Translations under genes and position numbers: made by a program
Notes under the pieces: model-generated
Database searches by the model: none
The model's input: only the letters and a program-made list of their open reading frames with translations
What the model was told of the DNA's origin: nothing
IMG/VR virus record: IMGVR_UViG_3300002835_000117
Origin: an uncultured virus (IMG/VR IMGVR_UViG_3300002835_000117)
Lineage: Duplodnaviria > Heunggongvirae > Uroviricota > Caudoviricetes
DNA: 64,000 nt
Strand: one strand, 5' to 3'
Part shown: positions 58,715-64,000 of the stretch, in pieces
Layout of the letters: each line of letters opens with the position of its first letter
Numbering within the stretch: the stretch's first letter is position 1

Positions 58715-59392
58715 ATGACATACTTAGAAAATAGAATTACCGCAAGATGGTGGGATTATACAAGAGTAGTAGAAAAAGAAAAAATTGATACTATTATTGA
58801 AAACTTATATCGAGTTCCTAGTAAACAATGCGGATACGAACAAAAATGTGTCATTTTTGGTCCAAATTCTTATGATATTAAAAAAAATATTTACGATAAC
58901 TATGCTTGGGCTGATGAAAATAATAAATTATTAGGACCCGGTGTTGTTAAATATTTTAACGGGCAACTACTTGCACAATATCTTTTTATGTGGGTAACTA
59001 GATATAAGGAAGTTGACGGAACTGAAGAAAATTGGGCAATTCAAAAATATAGATTTGAAAAAAGAATACAAAAGGCATTTTTAGAATCTGGAATTGGTGC
59101 AGGCGTAGTAATGACAATTGCTGAAGATCTTGGGTTAGATACAGGATTTTCTATTTGTTTTGATTCAAAAAATGTAGCCAATGCTTTAGGTTATACAGAC
59201 GAATATGCTTTAGTTGCATTGGGTGTGGGATACATGCAAGATCATAGTGATGTCTCTAATCCATGTTTATTAAAAGCAGTATACCATGAAAATAAAATAG
59301 TTGGATACGATAATTATAATATTCCTCAACACTTAACAGATAAAATTAGAAAATTAAAACCTAGTAATGAAACTATTGTAGAAATTCGATAA
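58715..59392 (+). CDS. Nitroreductase-fold (FMN-binding) protein
   Basis: N-terminal R.TAR.W, VPSKQ (APS-equivalent), ESGI.A......AEDLGLDTGFS.CF, ALGVGY; AAGGA SD. Confidence 0.7.
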   Translation: MTYLENRITARWWDYTRVVEKEKIDTIIENLYRVPSKQCGYEQKCVIFGPNSYDIKKNIYDNYAWADENNKLLGPGVVKYFNGQLLAQYLFMWVTRYKEVDGTEENWAIQKYRFEKRIQKAFLESGIGAGVVMTIAEDLGLDTGFSICFDSKNVANALGYTDEYALVALGVGYMQDHSDVSNPCLLKAVYHENKIVGYDNYNIPQHLTDKIRKLKPSNETIVEIR

Positions 59393-59414
59393 AATTATAT
59401 GGATAAATACCATT

Positions 59415-60035
59415 ATGAATAACAAACAAGATTTAAAACATGAGACCGGTGCGTTTAGTATTCAAGGTCATATAAAAATATTTGATCCTAGTACTGGAGA
59501 AATTTTTATTAACAAACGAAATGCAATTCATTATGAAAATTTTTCTATTGCACTTGCTCAAAGTATTTCTAATCAAGGACGAGGAATCATTTCCGAAATG
59601 GTTTTTGGTAACGGAGGGACTAGAGTAACAAATGGCGTTATTACTTATCTAACTCCAAATTCCATTGGTAGAGGTGCAACTTTATATAATCAAACCTATT
59701 ATAAAAATGTAGATTCTAAGAGCAGTTATTCTTTAGATCCTGCAAGAAATTTCATGGAAACTAGGCACATAGAAGGCACTGTTTACACAGATATTTTAAT
59801 AAGTTGTTTATTAGATTTTGGAGAACCTAGTGGTCAGTCTGCATTTGACAATGAAACTAATTTAGATAGTCCATTTGTTTTTGACGAATTAGGGTTAAGG
59901 GCATTTAACCCAGACGGTCCGAATACTGGAGATTTGTTAACTCATGTAATTTTCCATCCTGTTCAAAAATCTTTAAACAGAATGATTCAAATTGATTATA
60001 CAATTAGAATTCAAAGTTTGAGTACTGGAACTTAA
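59415..60035 (+). CDS. Baseplate/tail-fibre attachment protein (conserved structural)
   Basis: KRNAIH, FDELGL, LLTHVIFHPVQKSLNR.IQIDYT motifs; GATAAATA at 59402-59409. Confidence 0.6.
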   Translation: MNNKQDLKHETGAFSIQGHIKIFDPSTGEIFINKRNAIHYENFSIALAQSISNQGRGIISEMVFGNGGTRVTNGVITYLTPNSIGRGATLYNQTYYKNVDSKSSYSLDPARNFMETRHIEGTVYTDILISCLLDFGEPSGQSAFDNETNLDSPFVFDELGLRAFNPDGPNTGDLLTHVIFHPVQKSLNRMIQIDYTIRIQSLSTGT

Positions 60036-60038
60036 AAT

Positions 60039-61814
60039 ATGTCATCATATATTTTTACTTTAACTTTTTCAGATCCTAATAATACTGAAGTTATTGAAGT
60101 TCTTGGTACTTCTGTTGGCAGTGGAAAAAATAATTACAGTACAAGTTTAGATCTTGTTGGTTCGGGTTATACTAATTACGGACAAGATATTTCGCAAAAT
60201 TTTCTTAAATTGTTAGAAAATTTTGCCGGACCTAATCCGCCAATTAATTCTATAAAAGGCCAGTTATGGTATGATACAAGTAATCCCGAAAGAAGTGTGT
60301 TGCGAGTCAATAACGGATCGAATACAAGCAATAGATGGCAACCTACTAATGGAGTGTTTCAGCAGGCTCAAGATCCAAGTTTAAGTTACAGTCAAAACGT
60401 AAAAGTTGGAGATCTTTGGGTTGATACTTCATCGTATCAAGTAAAGATTAGAAATCAAAGTAGTTGGATCACAGTTGGGCCAAATATAGAAGCAGGCGAA
60501 CTAAAGTCTGGTTCTGAAACAGTTAGGCTACAGAGTAATATTGATCCCAATGTAACTTATCCTGTAATATTAAATTGGATTAATGGCAAGGTTGTTGAAA
60601 TTTTAGCATACAATGAATTTACACCTAGAACTGTTATTGATGGTTTTTCTACTATAAAACCTGGAACAAATTTAACTAGAAGAATACCGGCAAGATATAA
60701 CGGTGTGGCAGAAAGTGCTACTTCTTTATATATTTCTCCGACATTGTCAATAAGGGCAACTGAAGTATTAAAAAACAAATCTTTATTAACCCCTCAAACG
60801 CATACGGGAACATTTAGAGTAGAATCTTCAGCAGGAATACAAATTAGAAACGCTGATTCTGGTGAACAGATTAATGTTTTTTCGAATGCTGGCGGCAAAG
60901 TAGAATACACAAATCAAACGTCTAACTTTACAGTAGGAATAACCAATAAGTCTTATATTAAATTTGTTGGATCTTTAAATACGGTTGGGGTTAACAATCC
61001 TGATCCTCAGTCAACGTTTGACGTATTAGGTTCTGGAAGATTTTCAAATACATTAAATCTTACTACAACATCATTGGCATTAAGTGTTAGCGGACTTTCT
61101 TCCTTTGCTAAAAGTGTCAATATAAATGAAAATTTAAGAGTAAGTGGGATCAGTACATTAACTGGAAAGGTGGTCGTTGGAGCCGCTGTGGGTTCTGGAG
61201 TAATTATTGAACCGGCGGCAAACGATTCATATGATCTAGGATCTCCAATTAAAGCATTTAGACAGATATTTGTTTCTAAAATTGGAAGTCCTTCCTCGCC
61301 AATTACTATTTACGGGGCGGTAACTACTTCTTCACAACTTGAAGTTGGGCGAAATTTTTCTATCTCCGGACAAGTTCAAACATCCTCGCCTGTTTCATTT
61401 AACGGAACTAGCAATGTGAATTTAGTAACAACAGCGACTTCACAATTAATTACTGGACAAGTTTTAACTACATCTACTACCGCTACTCAAACGATTCTTG
61501 TAGTTGATACATCCACTATTGCATCTGGTCAATTAAACAAAATTAGTAAATCTGATTTTCTTTCAGATGTATATGCTCAGATATTTCAAACTGGAATGAT
61601 AACAGCATACGGTACATCAACTTTAACAACATTAATGCAAAATGATTGGTATATTTGCAATGGATCATCGAAAAATATTATTACAGATTCAAAATTATTC
61701 ACAGTAATTGGATATACCTATGGTGGGTCTGGTGCTAATTTTAATTTGCCTAATTTGACAGGAGTTACATCTGCTGCCGGAGGCATTCCAATTCATTACA
61801 TAATAAAGAGATAA
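60039..61814 (+). CDS. Tail fibre protein with C-terminal tail-collar domain
   Basis: NFLKLLENFA...GQLWYD N-terminal module; GMITAY...WYICNG...LF.VIGYTYGG...FNLPNL collar motif. Confidence 0.8.
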   Translation: MSSYIFTLTFSDPNNTEVIEVLGTSVGSGKNNYSTSLDLVGSGYTNYGQDISQNFLKLLENFAGPNPPINSIKGQLWYDTSNPERSVLRVNNGSNTSNRWQPTNGVFQQAQDPSLSYSQNVKVGDLWVDTSSYQVKIRNQSSWITVGPNIEAGELKSGSETVRLQSNIDPNVTYPVILNWINGKVVEILAYNEFTPRTVIDGFSTIKPGTNLTRRIPARYNGVAESATSLYISPTLSIRATEVLKNKSLLTPQTHTGTFRVESSAGIQIRNADSGEQINVFSNAGGKVEYTNQTSNFTVGITNKSYIKFVGSLNTVGVNNPDPQSTFDVLGSGRFSNTLNLTTTSLALSVSGLSSFAKSVNINENLRVSGISTLTGKVVVGAAVGSGVIIEPAANDSYDLGSPIKAFRQIFVSKIGSPSSPITIYGAVTTSSQLEVGRNFSISGQVQTSSPVSFNGTSNVNLVTTATSQLITGQVLTTSTTATQTILVVDTSTIASGQLNKISKSDFLSDVYAQIFQTGMITAYGTSTLTTLMQNDWYICNGSSKNIITDSKLFTVIGYTYGGSGANFNLPNLTGVTSAAGGIPIHYIIKR

Positions 61815-61818
61815 AATA

Positions 61819-62784
61819 ATGGCCTATGTAATTTATAATAATGATGGAACAGTTTTATTAACTTTACCGACAGGAGAAGTAGATTCTGTTTCTACTAGTT
61901 TGGATTTATTCGGCCAAAATTTAAATAATTATGGTCAGTATTTAAATAATAATTTTACAAGATTATTAACAAACTTTGCATCATCTTCGGCTAATCAACC
62001 CAGAAGCCCGCAAGTTGGTCAAGTTTGGTTTAACACTACATTAAAAAAATTGACTGTTTGGGACGGAACAGGATGGAAGACTTTAGACGGTGCATCTGTT
62101 TCTGACAGCGGATTTAGTTCTACTAGTACTGGAGATTTATGGTATGATACTGTCAATAGTCAATTGAATATATGGGATGGAAATAAATTTAAAGTTATTG
62201 GACCGCAAGTATCATCTTTATATGGAAAATTTGGTTTAGATAGGCCGGCAACTCCTATTTTAGAAAATGATTTTAATCAAGAACAAAATGTTGCAGTTTT
62301 ATATTCATATGGTCGACCTACTGCATTGATAACAACTGCGACATTTGATATGTCGACATCAAGTTCTACAGTATATTTTAATACTTCTCAGGTTACTGAA
62401 GTAGTGTCCGGGGTAACATTATTAGGTACACTTGACATTAGGGGAGATTTGTATGTCCGTGGTAATACTGTATATGATAAAAATCTAACGACTTATTTAG
62501 ATATTACTTCTTACGGCGATACACAGACAGGATCGACTTCTACAAATGACACAAGAATTCAATCGAGTAATGATGCATTGAGAACAAAGGTTTTACCTTA
62601 TTTGTTTAGTACAAGTACATTTAAAGCGGGTTCTGAAGTAAAAGTTCTTTGTCAATATAATGCAAAAATATCTATTCGACATTTTCAAATAGAAGATTTT
62701 GGTGGTGTTTTATTGTGGAGACCGGTTGACAACTATTTGAATAGTTATACCACAATAAACAACAATATTGTATTTCAGGATTAA
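61819..62784 (+). CDS. Tail fibre-like protein (paralogue)
   Basis: Same N-terminal module (NNFTRLLTNFA...GQVWFN, GDLWYD). Confidence 0.7.
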   Translation: MAYVIYNNDGTVLLTLPTGEVDSVSTSLDLFGQNLNNYGQYLNNNFTRLLTNFASSSANQPRSPQVGQVWFNTTLKKLTVWDGTGWKTLDGASVSDSGFSSTSTGDLWYDTVNSQLNIWDGNKFKVIGPQVSSLYGKFGLDRPATPILENDFNQEQNVAVLYSYGRPTALITTATFDMSTSSSTVYFNTSQVTEVVSGVTLLGTLDIRGDLYVRGNTVYDKNLTTYLDITSYGDTQTGSTSTNDTRIQSSNDALRTKVLPYLFSTSTFKAGSEVKVLCQYNAKISIRHFQIEDFGGVLLWRPVDNYLNSYTTINNNIVFQD

Positions 62785-62787
62785 TGT

Positions 62788-64000
62788 ATGCCATATATTT
62801 TAAACAAAACTAATGGAACTACAATTGCTGTAGTTCAAGATGCTACAATTGATACTAATACAGATTTAATTTTTGTTGGTAGAAATTATGCAGGTTATGG
62901 CGAATGGCAAAATGAAAATTTTGTTAAACTTTTAGAAAATTTTGCTAATACTATTAGTCCACCTAAGCCTATTGAAGGTCAACTGTGGTTTGATACAAGT
63001 AATAAAAACGTAAATGCGTTTGATGGCGAGCGTTGGAAATCTCTAGCAAATTTAACCAATTCTACAGATACTCCATTACAGCCAAAAATTGGAGATCTTT
63101 GGTATAATACATTTGAAGAACAACTATACGCATTTAATGGATCAGAATTTGGGTTAATCGGTCCTCCTAGCGGTGCTGATACTAGAGCACAGTGGAGGGG
63201 GGACATCGAAGACAGCGCAGAAGATCGTGCTAAAAAATATATGATTAAGGCGGTAGTGGGGATTAATAATGAAGTTATTGCCGTTGCATCAGCCGAGACT
63301 TTTACAGTTGACCTTGCAACTGAATCTCCGTTTCCTAAGTATCCTATATATAATAATTTTTCTGTAACTAAAGTATCAAAAGGAATTACATTAATTGGTG
63401 CAGATGCAATTACTGGAAATTCTGAATCTTCTGGGAATTATTTTTGGGGTTCAGCACGCCATGCTGTAGAAGCAAATACAGCAACCTCGGCGATTGGGTT
63501 AACTATGAAAATTTCTCCACCAACAGGAAATTTTCCAATTCCATACGTTAATACTTCTACTTCAGTTTTAAAAGCAACAGAAATATATTCTACATCTACG
63601 TTTTTCTATAACCCTACTGAAAGATCTGTAAATTCTGTTTTATTTAGGGGAGTTGCGACCAGTGCTTATTATGCAGACCTAGCAGAAAGATATGAAACAG
63701 ATCAATCATACGATGTTGGAACTGTGGTAGTAATAGGTGGGAAAAAAGAAATAACTGAAACACACAACAGAGCAGATACCTCAGTTGCAGGGGTTATTTC
63801 TAAAAATCCTGCTTATATGATGAATGCAGCAGCAGGAGATGATAAAACACATCCTTATGTTGCATTAAGGGGCAGAGTTTTTTGTAAAGTAATTGGACCT
63901 ATTAAAAAAGGTGAACTGTTAGTTACTAGTTCTTATCCTGGATATGCAGAGGCATATAGACAGGGTGATAACCCAAATGCAGTTTTAGGAAAATCTTTGG
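62788..64000 (+). CDS. Tail fibre-like protein with C-terminal intramolecular-chaperone (peptidase G2-like) domain; truncated by window end
   Basis: ATG 62788 gives MPYILNKTNG...ENFVKLLENFA...GQLWFD, and near the end ATSAYYADLAERY...GVISKNPAYMMN...VALRGRVFCKV. Not in the ORF track because there is no stop in the window. Confidence 0.8.
   Translation, partial: MPYILNKTNGTTIAVVQDATIDTNTDLIFVGRNYAGYGEWQNENFVKLLENFANTISPPKPIEGQLWFDTSNKNVNAFDGERWKSLANLTNSTDTPLQPKIGDLWYNTFEEQLYAFNGSEFGLIGPPSGADTRAQWRGDIEDSAEDRAKKYMIKAVVGINNEVIAVASAETFTVDLATESPFPKYPIYNNFSVTKVSKGITLIGADAITGNSESSGNYFWGSARHAVEANTATSAIGLTMKISPPTGNFPIPYVNTSTSVLKATEIYSTSTFFYNPTERSVNSVLFRGVATSAYYADLAERYETDQSYDVGTVVVIGGKKEITETHNRADTSVAGVISKNPAYMMNAAAGDDKTHPYVALRGRVFCKVIGPIKKGELLVTSSYPGYAEAYRQGDNPNAVLGKSL

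Noticed and set aside
45524..63206. Short minus-strand ORFs inside the giant gene and fibre genes
   Set aside because: Antisense shadows of long, well-supported plus-strand CDSs.
1..64000. Stop-codon reassignment or a diversity-generating retroelement
   Set aside because: Very long genes are intact in the standard code, with TAA and TGA both used as stops; no reverse transcriptase or template/variable repeat pair was seen.

Overview
AT-rich 64 kb segment of a large T4-like (jumbo-type) myophage genome, almost entirely virion morphogenesis genes. Left, minus strand: a Thr-rich repeat protein running off the window start (missed by the ORF track), a cluster of Thr/Gly-rich fibre-like proteins, a 1878-aa repeat protein, then the head module (major capsid protein, scaffold, prohead protease, acidic core protein, portal) and a tape-measure-like gene. 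Centre: a divergently oriented gp26-like/gp51-like chaperone pair that looks joined by a -1 frameshift, two candidate internal head proteins, and a minus-strand non-structural operon with sigma70-type promoters. That operon runs gp55-like late sigma, gp47, a GT17 glycosyltransferase, gp46, a small basic protein, a minimal GIY-YIG protein and a ~440-nt GC-enriched, helix-rich non-coding segment. Right, plus strand: baseplate module (tube-cap-like, gp53-like, gp27-like hub, gp5-like spike with GH19 lysin, gp25, gp6, a 4573-aa giant protein), a nitroreductase-fold insertion and three paralogous fibre genes, the last truncated by the window end. T4-type late promoter cores (xxTAAATA) precede most structural units. 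Best novelty candidates: (1) the minimal GIY-YIG protein plus adjacent large structured RNA, (2) the T-TTT-TTC -1 frameshift fusing the gp26-like and gp51-like ORFs, (3) five phycobiliprotein-like CxRD repeats in the 1878-aa protein. All family calls come from motif recognition by eye; no database search was run.
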